Of a stretch of 55,048 nucleotides of DNA, positions 35,155-45,170 are shown piece by piece. Source of the DNA: Candidatus Paceibacter sp. (GTDB lineage Bacteria > Patescibacteriota > Patescibacteriia > Magasanikbacterales > UBA922); assembly GCA_020725175.1 (NCBI GenBank), contig DYFM01000009.1, forward strand, positions 1 through 55,048, in the 5' to 3' direction. The position numbers and the translations under genes were made by a program. Each line of letters starts with the position of its first letter. Within the stretch, counting starts at the first letter, position 1. The notes beneath the pieces were generated by a model. It searched no databases and had not been told where the DNA came from. It saw only the letters and a program-made list of their open reading frames with translations.

Positions 35155-36459
35155 CTAGCTATATTGACCAAAGGTTAGATAATCTATACCTAATGGAATA
35201 TTCTTAACATCTAACTGCCTCCAAGGATCAATAATAATTTTTAGGGAAGTATTTGAATGCATTTCTTGAATATATTGAGAAAGCCCCATATTCCCTAAAA
35301 ACAATACAGTAGCCTCTTTCACACAACCAAGTGCCGTTTCATGATATATGACAGTATCTTTCAATATAGCTTTTACATGATCATTTCCATCTGGGTTACA
35401 TACATGCACAGTATATCCTTCTTTTACCAAACGATCCGTTATCAAAACAGGATGAGATTCCTCTGCAAAATACGTCCCCGGCTTGTAACTTAAACTCAGC
35501 ATTGCAATACGATCGGCTTTTGAAGCAATCGAAGTAATTTTTTTAACACTTCTTTCAATTATAGACCTATTGTATTCATCTGTTTTTTCTGCAAATGGTA
35601 CCTTTACACCTCTTCTCTCAGCCATATAGGCAAAGGCTCTATTATCCCGTGGAAAACATGGACCACCAAATCCAAGTCCCCCTCGCAAATAATATTTCCC
35701 TACACGCTTATCACTTCCTATTGCTTCCGTTACATGATCAATATGTACACCTGGAATATGCTCAGCTACTTCAGTAAGCATGTTTGCAAATGTAATCTTC
35801 ATCGTAAGAAATGAGTTAAGACTTATCTTGGTAAGTTCTGCACTAGAGATACTCATACGACGGACAGGCGCATTATTATCTGACACAGTCGCATAAAAAG
35901 ATTCAAGCAAGTCACCAGATTTTTTATCAGATTCTCCTATCAAGAAAAAATCTGGATGCAATAAATCATATACCACGGATCCAATTGCAATAAATTCTGG
36001 ACTATAGCAAAATCCAAAATCTTCTCCACATATCTTTCCAGAGTATTTCTCCAGTATTGGTATTACTTTTTCCTGACAATCTCCTGGGAGAAGGGTACTT
36101 GTAAGTACAACTACATGATAGGACGACTTTTTTTGTAACTCTCTTCCTATATTTTCACATACGGCTTCAACATATTTTGCTGTAAATCCACCAGTTTCAT
36201 CAGTAGGTGTAGGAACAATAATAAATGTTATATCACTTTGTTGAATTGCTACACTATACTCAGTGGTAGCACGAAACATCTCTTTTCCTTTCTGAATATA
36301 TTCATCCAAATCTTTTTCTTTTACTGGGGCCTCACCTGCATTAATTTTATCTACAAATTCTTTTTGTATATCTACACCAACCACAGTATGACCCTTACTT
36401 GCATATACAACGGCCATACATGATCCGAGTTTTCCTAAACCGATAACTGATATGTTCAT
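35155..36459 (-). CDS. UDP-glucose/GDP-mannose family nucleotide-sugar dehydrogenase
   Basis: IGLGKLG, IVPTP, YSPEFIAIG and GFGGPCFPRD motifs. Confidence 0.92.
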   Translation of the reverse strand: MNISVIGLGKLGSCMAVVYASKGHTVVGVDIQKEFVDKINAGEAPVKEKDLDEYIQKGKEMFRATTEYSVAIQQSDITFIIVPTPTDETGGFTAKYVEAVCENIGRELQKKSSYHVVVLTSTLLPGDCQEKVIPILEKYSGKICGEDFGFCYSPEFIAIGSVVYDLLHPDFFLIGESDKKSGDLLESFYATVSDNNAPVRRMSISSAELTKISLNSFLTMKITFANMLTEVAEHIPGVHIDHVTEAIGSDKRVGKYYLRGGLGFGGPCFPRDNRAFAYMAERRGVKVPFAEKTDEYNRSIIERSVKKITSIASKADRIAMLSLSYKPGTYFAEESHPVLITDRLVKEGYTVHVCNPDGNDHVKAILKDTVIYHETALGCVKEATVLFLGNMGLSQYIQEMHSNTSLKIIIDPWRQLDVKNIPLGIDYLTFGQYS

Positions 36460-36498
36460 ACAAATTTTATTACTAATTATTATTGTTTATTCTCAGAA

Positions 36499-37569
36499 TC
36501 AATTTTCCAACAATAAATCTCGTAGTTCTTCAACCGATTTATCAGCATGTTCCCAGCCATGATAAATTGGCGGACACGAATGGTGTGTCTTAACCCATTG
36601 CGAGTTTATAAACTCACTAGGGATATGCATTAAATCATGGCACAACTCATCAAATACAGCTCCTGTTTTCTGTCGCACAGGGACATCAAACACAATATAT
36701 TTATAAAATCCAGATATCATACCATCTGGAAATACAATCCTGTGCGCAGGATCAAAAATCTGATCATACTTTTTTGCCAACACACGTTTCCATGACAATA
36801 TAGCATCTATACGATCCATTTGAACAATACCAAAAGCAGCCATAATTTCACTCATTCGAAAGTTAAACCCTTCTACAGGGTATGTAAACCGGCCTGGAGC
36901 ATATTCTACTTTGCCATAATTTCTAAACTTGTGCAAATACTCAATGACGTCCTTATGCTTACTGACCACCATACCACCCTCTCCCATCGGCATGGTCTTT
37001 GTCGCATAAAAACTGTATGATCCACCAACACCAAAACTTCCTGCCATTTGACCTTTAAACACAGAACCATGCGCATGAGCACAATCTTCTATCAATGCAA
37101 TATTGTTTTCTTCACAGAATTGTGCAATCTCAAATATATCGAAGGTGATATGCCCACCAATATGCACCACAATTATCGCTTTTGTATTTGGTGTTATGAC
37201 TTGTTTGATTTGTTCTAATCCAATACAAAGATCTTCTTTTTTACAATCAGCAAATACCACATTACCTCCTGCGCGCTTCACTGATAGAGGAGTCGCCATA
37301 AATGTATTGGTGGGAACTATGACATCTTTTCCTCTCACATCAACATAACTGAGAAGCGCAAGCAATCCTGCACCACCATTAGTTATTGCTGAGCTATACA
37401 GTCCTGAATATGTACTAAATTTTTCTTCAAAAGCTTTTGTCATGGGACCATGAGAAAGAAAACTACTATCAAATACCTGGTCGAGCAATTGATAATACTT
37501 TTCTCGATACTCTTTTTCAAATGGGATAATCATACAAAAAAGTGAAATAGCATTAAACTTTATTTTCAT
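36499..37569 (-). CDS. DegT/DnrJ/EryC1/StrS PLP-dependent sugar aminotransferase
   Basis: PTNTFMAT, VHIGG, IEDCAHAHG, SFYATKTM (PLP Lys) and GEGGMV motifs. Confidence 0.92.
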   Translation of the reverse strand: MKIKFNAISLFCMIIPFEKEYREKYYQLLDQVFDSSFLSHGPMTKAFEEKFSTYSGLYSSAITNGGAGLLALLSYVDVRGKDVIVPTNTFMATPLSVKRAGGNVVFADCKKEDLCIGLEQIKQVITPNTKAIIVVHIGGHITFDIFEIAQFCEENNIALIEDCAHAHGSVFKGQMAGSFGVGGSYSFYATKTMPMGEGGMVVSKHKDVIEYLHKFRNYGKVEYAPGRFTYPVEGFNFRMSEIMAAFGIVQMDRIDAILSWKRVLAKKYDQIFDPAHRIVFPDGMISGFYKYIVFDVPVRQKTGAVFDELCHDLMHIPSEFINSQWVKTHHSCPPIYHGWEHADKSVEELRDLLLEN

Positions 37570-38497
37570 TTTCTATATACCACATGTAGTAATGCCTCAG
37601 GGCATCTTCATAACGGTCCTGCGGTTCCCATCCCAACAATTGTTTTGCTTTTTCTATTTGAACAATCCTTCCTGTGTAGTTACCAGCTCTTTCTCGGTGT
37701 ATTTCATATTCAATTCGCCGTCCCATAATTTTTTCAAGGGTGGTAATAATGTCCACTATTCGTATTTTTTCCATACCATTGATGTTAAAAATATGGTTTT
37801 TACCTTCTTCTTTAAGGCATGCGATACATCCGTTCACAAGATCCTTCACATATATAAACTGTCGGAAATTATTTTCATCACCGTCGACAGTAATTTTTTC
37901 GTTTTTTAATGCTTTGGAAATAAAAATAGGGGTTACTGTCTGCGGGCGAGCACGTTCACCAAATGGAATACCAAAACGAATAATCGTGTAATCGACACCA
38001 TACAGTTTTTGGTAATTTATCAAATACAACTCAGACGCGAGTTTCGATGAGGTGTAGATATGATCTGGAGCATTCGGGTAGAGTTGCGTTTCTTCATTCA
38101 CAAGAAGTTCTTTTGCACCTTGATATACCCATTCTGTTGAAGCAAACAATACTCTTTGTATACCATTTACACGCGCAGCTTCCAAGACATTGATGGTACC
38201 AATTGTATTAAGTATCGTAGATTCCCTTGGAGCATTGTGATAAAAATTTACATTTGCCTCCGCCGCTAAATGGTATATCGCATCCACCCCCTCTGTTTCT
38301 TTGATAAGCAATGGGAGATTGAGTACGTCTCCCTGTATATATCTATACGAATTGTGATAAACAGGATCTTTTATATCGTATATATACGTATCATAACCCT
38401 GTTCGATGAGGGCATCAACTAAATGTGACCCTATAAATCCGGATCCTCCGGTAACCAGTATTTTTTTACATGTCATACTATTATTTATGAACTCCAC
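37553..38497 (-). CDS. NAD-dependent epimerase/dehydratase (SDR)
   Basis: ILVTGGSGFIG, YTSSK and RFGIPFG motifs. The start may be the later MTCKK. Confidence 0.9.
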   Translation of the reverse strand: MEFINNSMTCKKILVTGGSGFIGSHLVDALIEQGYDTYIYDIKDPVYHNSYRYIQGDVLNLPLLIKETEGVDAIYHLAAEANVNFYHNAPRESTILNTIGTINVLEAARVNGIQRVLFASTEWVYQGAKELLVNEETQLYPNAPDHIYTSSKLASELYLINYQKLYGVDYTIIRFGIPFGERARPQTVTPIFISKALKNEKITVDGDENNFRQFIYVKDLVNGCIACLKEEGKNHIFNINGMEKIRIVDIITTLEKIMGRRIEYEIHRERAGNYTGRIVQIEKAKQLLGWEPQDRYEDALRHYYMWYIENENKV

Positions 38498-39954
38498 AAG
38501 ATACCTTTTGCGTCGCTTGCAAAAATATTTTGGTCATTATAATGCGAAGCATTTTCAATGTCGTTCGCTTTAAATTCATCTAATGTTGCTGTATAAAGGT
38601 TTTCTAAAATAATTGGAACTGTTTCCTTTGTTTTAACATGAAGCTGAGACCTTATTTTTTGAAATGAAACCTTATAGTCGCGTTGATCAACCGTATTCTC
38701 CACAATTTCAAGCTCAACCGGTAATCCTTTTTGTTGTAAAAATTTCACTATCATTTCTCCCAAATCCTGTATTTGGTAATTTTCCTGCTCATCTCCCACA
38801 TTATATATTTGTCTTTTTACAGTATCAATATCAGCTTGCAAGGCAGCAATATATGCTTTAGCAGCGTCTCCAACAGATAACAATGGGCGCCACTGTTTTC
38901 CACCAAAAACAGTAATTTTATTCTGCGTAATTCCTTTCATCACCATGGTGTTCACCACAAGATCATACCGCATTCTATAGGAAGGACCATATAAGGTAGA
39001 CATTCTCATAATAGTTGGTGCAAAATTTGGCGAGGAAATACTCAATATCGCTTGTTCAGCATTAATTTTTGTGCGAGCATAATGAGAAACAGGATTGAGT
39101 GGTGCACACTCATCCAAAGCATGGCTTGTACCACTCTGACCATACACTGAACAGGTTGAGGCAAAGAGAAAACGATTAATATTGAGATATGCACATGTTT
39201 CGGCAATCATTTGTGCAGATAAATAGTTTACCTCAAAAGTAGACATAGGATACCTGCTAGATGCAGGATCACCTACTACCGCTCCAAGCAGCACAACAGC
39301 ATCCATATGTTCTAAGGCTCTGGTAATATCCGATATACTCCGCATGTCACCCTCGTATATCTCTAGCGAATCAGAATACTCCTGGTTTTCCATTTGAAGT
39401 TTTTGAATGGGAGTATGTCCAAACACAAACGTATCAAAAATCCGTACACGATATCCCTGTCTGAGAAGCTTCTCACTCAGCACGGTTCCAAGATATCCTC
39501 CCCCACCAATTACACACACATTTCGCACAGCTTGATTACTTTTTATATCCCAGACTGGAGCAATCTGTCGTTGTTGCCCTGCCCGTGTTAATGTCTCTAA
39601 ATTACTAACCTGTACAATGTGCATTTGATTATTGCATACAGGTACCAAATCTTCTTGTTTCAATGCAAAAGTTGACCGTAAATAATCAAGTTTATTTTTT
39701 AATTCAAATTCGTTTTCAATCTCCGTTTCTATCAAAAATGGAACAGTTCTATTCATTGCTTTTTCCACCTTTTCCGAGATAGGTATACCATTTTGTACAC
39801 ATGTACGTAAATCTGTTTTTGTAATTTTTCCACATATATGTGCTTGTTGATCTGTAACAAACAAAGTATCCGTTTTTTGTTGGTCCATTTGAGAAAAGAC
39901 AGAATCTATTGTATCTGAATATAGGCAGATAATTTTTTTTTGTTCTTCATTCAT
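38485..39954 (-). CDS. SDR epimerase/dehydratase fused to an N-terminal CBS-like region
   Basis: C-terminal VIGGGGYLG...YARTK...RYDLVVN. The N-terminal ~120 aa LFVTD..ICGKITKTDLR..AMNR resemble a CBS pair. Confidence 0.82.
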   Translation of the reverse strand: MNEEQKKIICLYSDTIDSVFSQMDQQKTDTLFVTDQQAHICGKITKTDLRTCVQNGIPISEKVEKAMNRTVPFLIETEIENEFELKNKLDYLRSTFALKQEDLVPVCNNQMHIVQVSNLETLTRAGQQRQIAPVWDIKSNQAVRNVCVIGGGGYLGTVLSEKLLRQGYRVRIFDTFVFGHTPIQKLQMENQEYSDSLEIYEGDMRSISDITRALEHMDAVVLLGAVVGDPASSRYPMSTFEVNYLSAQMIAETCAYLNINRFLFASTCSVYGQSGTSHALDECAPLNPVSHYARTKINAEQAILSISSPNFAPTIMRMSTLYGPSYRMRYDLVVNTMVMKGITQNKITVFGGKQWRPLLSVGDAAKAYIAALQADIDTVKRQIYNVGDEQENYQIQDLGEMIVKFLQQKGLPVELEIVENTVDQRDYKVSFQKIRSQLHVKTKETVPIILENLYTATLDEFKANDIENASHYNDQNIFASDAKGILWSS

Positions 39955-39963
39955 ATATGGTCA

Positions 39964-40656
39964 TTATTCTAATTCGATATAATAAAGCGAACAAAGATTG
40001 GGAAATAATGGATCAAGCATGCTATTTACGATACGTACAAAAAACACAGGGATGAGTTTCACGCGAAAATTATGAAACAGAGTAATTGGCATGAGAAAAC
40101 CAACCCCCATTCTTTTTTTTATTTTTCAGCCCTCATCCAGAGCTATCTTTTCAAACTGTTTTACTGAATACAGATAGACAAATGCTGCTTTAAAATTTCT
40201 CCAGGTTACCCATTTTCCTTGTAGGGAATCGCGATTCGGCATGGTAATGAGGAGCTTGGAAGTAATAGGCCGTAATTTTTGAAGAATTTTTTTTGTGTCT
40301 TCTTCATCAAAATTTTGTACGAGTTCTATCGCTGTTATCAAATCGTATTTTTTTTCTGGCACCCACTGATTAATATCAGCTTGAATAATCTCAACAGTTG
40401 GAAAGCGTTTTTTCAGTTTTTCAGCGGCTTCACTACTGTATTCTATTCCATCAACTGTATAGCCCTTATTGAGCAGAATGCGAATAATTGCACCTGCACC
40501 AGAGCCTAGATCCAATGCAGTTTTACCTTCACCGGGTTGGATCAGTCGCGCAATTTTTGAATTTAATTTAGCAAAGACAGCACCTCGGGGATCACAAGGA
40601 TTTTCCCACCATTCATTGTAATATTCGGCCATAGATTCCAACAGTTTTTGATTCAT
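39964..40656 (-). pseudogene. Class I SAM methyltransferase interrupted by in-frame TGA at 40126-40128
   Basis: ALDLGSGAG motif; ...ALDEG*KIKKRMGVGFLMP...YYIELE continues 53 codons to TAA 39964-39966, 9 nt before the next ATG. Confidence 0.8.
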
Positions 40657-41840
40657 ATTTTTCTTTCAATAATTCTAGTCAAGTATGTTTTATACTTTTG
40701 TCTAAACAGTTCCGGTGAAAATCTTTGAGCCGCTTGCTGTTGTATGTATGCGCTTCGTTCACGGTACCATGATTCATCATGTGAAGAAATACGTTCGACC
40801 AAGGTGCGAATATTTTCAATCGTACACGGTTCAATATATTCTCCGAACCCATCAATAGTGATATGAGATGTCTTACTGACCAAAGGAATTAGACCTTGTA
40901 CCAAGCAATCAGCGACTGATCCCGGGCTTCCTTCACTACAACTTGGGAAAATAACATATGCACAGTTGTTTATTAGCTCATAGAATTTTTTTTTATACAA
41001 CTGAATATGTCCGATATAGTGTATATTTTCTTTTTTAAATAAATCTTCGTGGTACAAATTAACAAAATCATCCTCTAATTTACTACATATATATAAATGT
41101 TGATGGGTTAATCCTCGAAAGGCGTCAAGCAGAATATCCAACCCTTTATGTACATTACCGGAACCACTTAGAAAAAGAAAATTGTTTTTTGCTATATTAA
41201 AATTTTTTTTTCTATTATTTATTACTTTCTTATCAACATAGGATGCGCCGGGCAAGTTAAATATCTTATTCCGAAATGAAATCGGGTATGTATTTTTACA
41301 TGCTTCATTTCCAAGGAGTATTATACCATCTGAGTTCTTAAGGGCATAGTCATCACTTTCCACGAAAGATCTCCGTTTTATAACATGTAAACCTTTTCGT
41401 GAAAACAAATCATTTAAACGTTGCTTTTCTTGTCGATTATGGTACATCCAATATGACGCCGCTGCATAAAAAATTTTAACAGTTTTGTTTGGTAATAACC
41501 TTGACAATCTTTCATAATTATAGCCATGATGCCCAATTAGTAAATCATAGTTTCTTTCTGGAATGAATTTATGATCTTCTGAACACACAACATCAGTTTT
41601 ATAACCTAATTGGCTCAGGACTCGAATAATATCAAATACGTCACCACCAGAACTCCACGTTTGTTTTGAATTCTCGCGTATATGAAAAACCCTGTATGAC
41701 AACAATGCATACTTTTTAAAACATGTATCATTTTCATAAAAAAAAACTGAACGAAGCGGTTTCCGGCCAATGATAATACCAAAAAACTTTCTAAGAAACT
41801 TTGTAATACACACTCGCAAAATCGTGGATAAATTTATCAT
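40653..41840 (-). CDS. Glycosyltransferase family 4
   Basis: GNVHKGLDILL, FPSCSEGSPGSV and GLIPLVS motifs. Confidence 0.85.
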   Translation of the reverse strand: MINLSTILRVCITKFLRKFFGIIIGRKPLRSVFFYENDTCFKKYALLSYRVFHIRENSKQTWSSGGDVFDIIRVLSQLGYKTDVVCSEDHKFIPERNYDLLIGHHGYNYERLSRLLPNKTVKIFYAAASYWMYHNRQEKQRLNDLFSRKGLHVIKRRSFVESDDYALKNSDGIILLGNEACKNTYPISFRNKIFNLPGASYVDKKVINNRKKNFNIAKNNFLFLSGSGNVHKGLDILLDAFRGLTHQHLYICSKLEDDFVNLYHEDLFKKENIHYIGHIQLYKKKFYELINNCAYVIFPSCSEGSPGSVADCLVQGLIPLVSKTSHITIDGFGEYIEPCTIENIRTLVERISSHDESWYRERSAYIQQQAAQRFSPELFRQKYKTYLTRIIERKI

Positions 41841-41913
41841 ATTTAAGTTGGATGAATCTGCTTCAAATCACAATTTATAAAGTAGTATTTTAATTTCAGA
41901 AACATCAAATAAG

Positions 41914-42690
41914 CTAAATCCTTCTAAGGAAATTTTGAGAATTTAAAAAAAATACGACATCATCCTGAACCCCAATGAGAATGATAAGGTAACCATTATT
42001 TTTTTCCTTAGAATCGTCAACCATATAAAAAGGAACAAAAAAGGTATATTGCTTATCCTTCTTAATATACTGATGGATGAAATTAAAATCTAAATTTTCT
42101 CTTCTATATCCTAATGGGTTATTCGAAAAATCAAAAATAACGTCATATTGAAAATTATTATCTCCAGGGACTTTAAAATCATCAACAATAATTACAGCCT
42201 TATCAAAATTTTCTGTTATACTTTTTAACTCACGTGACAGAGGAGAATCTTCAGCCCACTTGTAATGTGCATCTAAATAAAATAGAGGGTAACCCCCAAA
42301 TTTTTCAAAATACTTTGGCAATTCACTCCCAGAATCTCCATAAACAAGTGTTACATCTCTACCGCCTAAATTTTTTTGAGCCAGTTCATAAAGTTTCCTC
42401 TTTTTTTCAAAACTATAAATTGGCCCTGCGTAGTTTTCCCTAACATATAAAGTACTTCTTCCCAAAAACGTGCCAGTCTCCACAAATGAAGTAATCTTTT
42501 GTTTAAATAAATATGACAAAACTTCTTTTAAATGTTTATCGCCATGAAAAGATTTACTTTGATCCTGAGACATGTAGGAAGTTATATCTTTTTCTATATC
42601 TTTCTTCTTACGAAAGAATTTAAACCTAACAGTTAATTCAAATTGTATCTTGCTAATTAACTTATTAACAATTTCTATTTTCATATACAA
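41914..42690 (-). CDS. Putative SAM-dependent methyltransferase-like protein
   Basis: FVETGTFLG, LVYGDSG, LFYLDAH and IIVDDF motifs. Confidence 0.7.
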   Translation of the reverse strand: MYMKIEIVNKLISKIQFELTVRFKFFRKKKDIEKDITSYMSQDQSKSFHGDKHLKEVLSYLFKQKITSFVETGTFLGRSTLYVRENYAGPIYSFEKKRKLYELAQKNLGGRDVTLVYGDSGSELPKYFEKFGGYPLFYLDAHYKWAEDSPLSRELKSITENFDKAVIIVDDFKVPGDNNFQYDVIFDFSNNPLGYRRENLDFNFIHQYIKKDKQYTFFVPFYMVDDSKEKNNGYLIILIGVQDDVVFFLNSQNFLRRI

Positions 42691-42739
42691 GTTATTACTA
42701 AAATTACCTTCATATCAATTACTAATAGTAATATACCAC

Positions 42740-43843
42740 CTATAATAAACTGGCTATTTCAACCAAAGATTGTAGACCGAGCTCCTTACGTGAAATAGCA
42801 ATACCTATAGACCCCTTTGTTCTTTTCCAAACAGATGCTGGACTAGACATCTGAGCAATCAATACATCCACAACCTCTTGTGTTGCATACGGACTATCAA
42901 TCAATGAAGCATCAACATGAACTTGATTCGAAACCGTTAAATCCAATCCTTGTGCTGCGGCATGACAAATAATAGCATCAAGATGAGGATATTGTACACC
43001 ACGAAAGGCATCTGTGTCACCTCCCTCTTGATCATCTAAAGAAGTATGAACCTCAAGTCCATCCGTAGGCTTTGCCCCCAGCGTACGATCTGGTACTCCC
43101 AAAGCATATGCAATAGATGGTAACTCCAACCCTTTGAGAATGTTTTGAATAGGACCAAAGGCACCTACGTCCCCCATAAGGGTCCAAAAAGCCATATACA
43201 GCTCAGATAAGTTATCCGTTGAGACTACGTATCCCCCACGCTTTGTCGTACCAAAAAAGTTCACAATCATTCGAATGCGTGCTTTTATATTCCCTAACCC
43301 ACGTCGCCACTCTTCTTCAGTAAAAGTAAGAGATTGACCAACTGGTTCAACCGATTGTTTCAATGCATGAAATGCTTCATCTAGTCCTTTTATTGTAATA
43401 TGTTTCAATCCAAATGCTTCAGCCGTTTCTTCTGCTCTGTTATTATGTTCCGGATTACTTGCTATCGGCATTCCATAAGAAATAACTTCAAATGAGGCAC
43501 CAAGTTCCTTAGCAAGCTTCTGAGCTCGGGAGTATAAAGCACATATTGTTGCGCTATCCAATCCACCAGAATTACCAAAAAATACTTGCCTCATTTGGTT
43601 TATATGATGATATCTAAGAATTTCAACCACCGCACAAAAAACAATTCTTCCAATATCTTGTACGGTAAGATAATATGAATATTTGTGCGCGTAATATTTA
43701 AATGAAGTTAAAATATTTGGGTCAAAAGTTTTTAATGTAAAAAACTCTCCCCAAAAAAACTGTTCTTCAGGTGTATATTGTTGCCAGTTTTCAATACCAG
43801 AAAACGATAAATCAATAGTTGAAAGAATTTGCTTCGTTTGCAT
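42740..43843 (-). CDS. nadE: NH3-dependent NAD+ synthetase-like protein
   Basis: SGGLDSA PP-loop, GNIKARIRM, STDNLSE..WTLMGD, A.ALGVP and KPTDGL motifs. The actual substrate is uncertain. Confidence 0.8.
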   Translation of the reverse strand: MQTKQILSTIDLSFSGIENWQQYTPEEQFFWGEFFTLKTFDPNILTSFKYYAHKYSYYLTVQDIGRIVFCAVVEILRYHHINQMRQVFFGNSGGLDSATICALYSRAQKLAKELGASFEVISYGMPIASNPEHNNRAEETAEAFGLKHITIKGLDEAFHALKQSVEPVGQSLTFTEEEWRRGLGNIKARIRMIVNFFGTTKRGGYVVSTDNLSELYMAFWTLMGDVGAFGPIQNILKGLELPSIAYALGVPDRTLGAKPTDGLEVHTSLDDQEGGDTDAFRGVQYPHLDAIICHAAAQGLDLTVSNQVHVDASLIDSPYATQEVVDVLIAQMSSPASVWKRTKGSIGIAISRKELGLQSLVEIASLL

Positions 43844-43845
43844 AA

Positions 43846-44445
43846 TTATCTTTTGTCAATTTTTTGTGCTTTAATAAAATAAGACTTTGGTTTCAATTCA
43901 TGACCCCACCACTTAATAGAAATATGCTCGCAACCTTCTCGAAGTAACTCTTCCCACCCCTGTCTTGTTATTCTCCAATAATCTCCATATGTTTCACCAT
44001 GAAGTTCTTTGTCAAATGGACAGCTGAACAATAAATAACCACCCGGCTTGAGGGCAAATAGCATTTGCTCAATCGCCATAAAAGGATTTGCAACGTGCTC
44101 AATAACATCCGTGCAAATAATGCCGTCAAATTCATTAGTTTTAAAGAATTTAGACAATTCGTATATATCACCAACCACATCAACGTTCGAATGTGGAAAC
44201 TTATCAAAAGAAATGACATCACATCCCTTACTTACCAACATTTCCTTAGTCCATGTCCAATCGCCACTACCAACATCCAATATTTTTCCTTTTATCTGGT
44301 GAAAATTCTCTTCCAAAAAAAATTTTAGTTCCACTCTATATCCACCGAAATCCACCTTGGCTTTGTCACGATCCAATATTGAAATGGTATAATCGATAAC
44401 ACGATTACCACCTCGAAGAAACTTAATCCATAATTGTTTCATCAT
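43846..44445 (-). CDS. Class I SAM-dependent methyltransferase (type 11-like)
   Basis: ILDVGSG, FDGIICTDVIEHV, LKPGG and DYWR motifs. Confidence 0.88.
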   Translation of the reverse strand: MMKQLWIKFLRGGNRVIDYTISILDRDKAKVDFGGYRVELKFFLEENFHQIKGKILDVGSGDWTWTKEMLVSKGCDVISFDKFPHSNVDVVGDIYELSKFFKTNEFDGIICTDVIEHVANPFMAIEQMLFALKPGGYLLFSCPFDKELHGETYGDYWRITRQGWEELLREGCEHISIKWWGHELKPKSYFIKAQKIDKR

Positions 44446-44451
44446 AAAAAA

Positions 44452-45162
44452 TTATTGAAGGAAATAATCATGAATATCCTCATACGTTTGCTTCTTTTTT
44501 GTAGCAATAAACAGAAGCCACGGTCCAAGTAATTTAATTTCTAGCACGGTAACATGTTTTCGAAGAAAATGATATAATCGATCAACATCAAAATACGTAA
44601 CATGTTCACTTATCACGATCTTATTCTCAAATGGCACTGAAATAATGAGATAACCATCATCTTTCATACACCGAACCATTTCTTTAATAGCCTCTTTCCA
44701 TTTACGAGTATGCTCCAACGTCTCAAATGATGTAATAATATCAAATTTTTTTTCTGTCAAAAAAATATTCGGCAGTTCGCGTTGATATGCATCTATACCT
44801 ACTTCTTTAGCCATTGCTACGGCCGCATGAGAAATATCTATTCCCACCCTTTCTATAGCCTCAGGAATTTGGCTCAAAAAAATTCCTCTACCACATCCCA
44901 CATCCAATACTTTCTTCCCTGAAAAATCAATTGTCTTTAGTAGTTCTAGCACCTTATCTTCAAAACGCCCAATTGGAGATGTGGCTTCCTTTGCATGAAT
45001 TCTTGACCAGTATGCTTCATTGTTAATATTTCCTATTGTATAAAACTTGGCAAATAAAAAAATTTTTGAAGCATACTTATAAGTAAATTTATTTAAAAAA
45101 GGTTTACGTAACAAATGAAGTCCAAACCTTTTCATTTTATCAAACAATTTAGTCATAATCAA
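44452..45162 (-). CDS. Class I SAM-dependent methyltransferase
   Basis: VLDVGCGRG, GIDIS, FDIITSFETLEH and IISVP motifs. Confidence 0.9.
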   Translation of the reverse strand: MIMTKLFDKMKRFGLHLLRKPFLNKFTYKYASKIFLFAKFYTIGNINNEAYWSRIHAKEATSPIGRFEDKVLELLKTIDFSGKKVLDVGCGRGIFLSQIPEAIERVGIDISHAAVAMAKEVGIDAYQRELPNIFLTEKKFDIITSFETLEHTRKWKEAIKEMVRCMKDDGYLIISVPFENKIVISEHVTYFDVDRLYHFLRKHVTVLEIKLLGPWLLFIATKKKQTYEDIHDYFLQ

Positions 45163-45170
45163 GTAATTAG

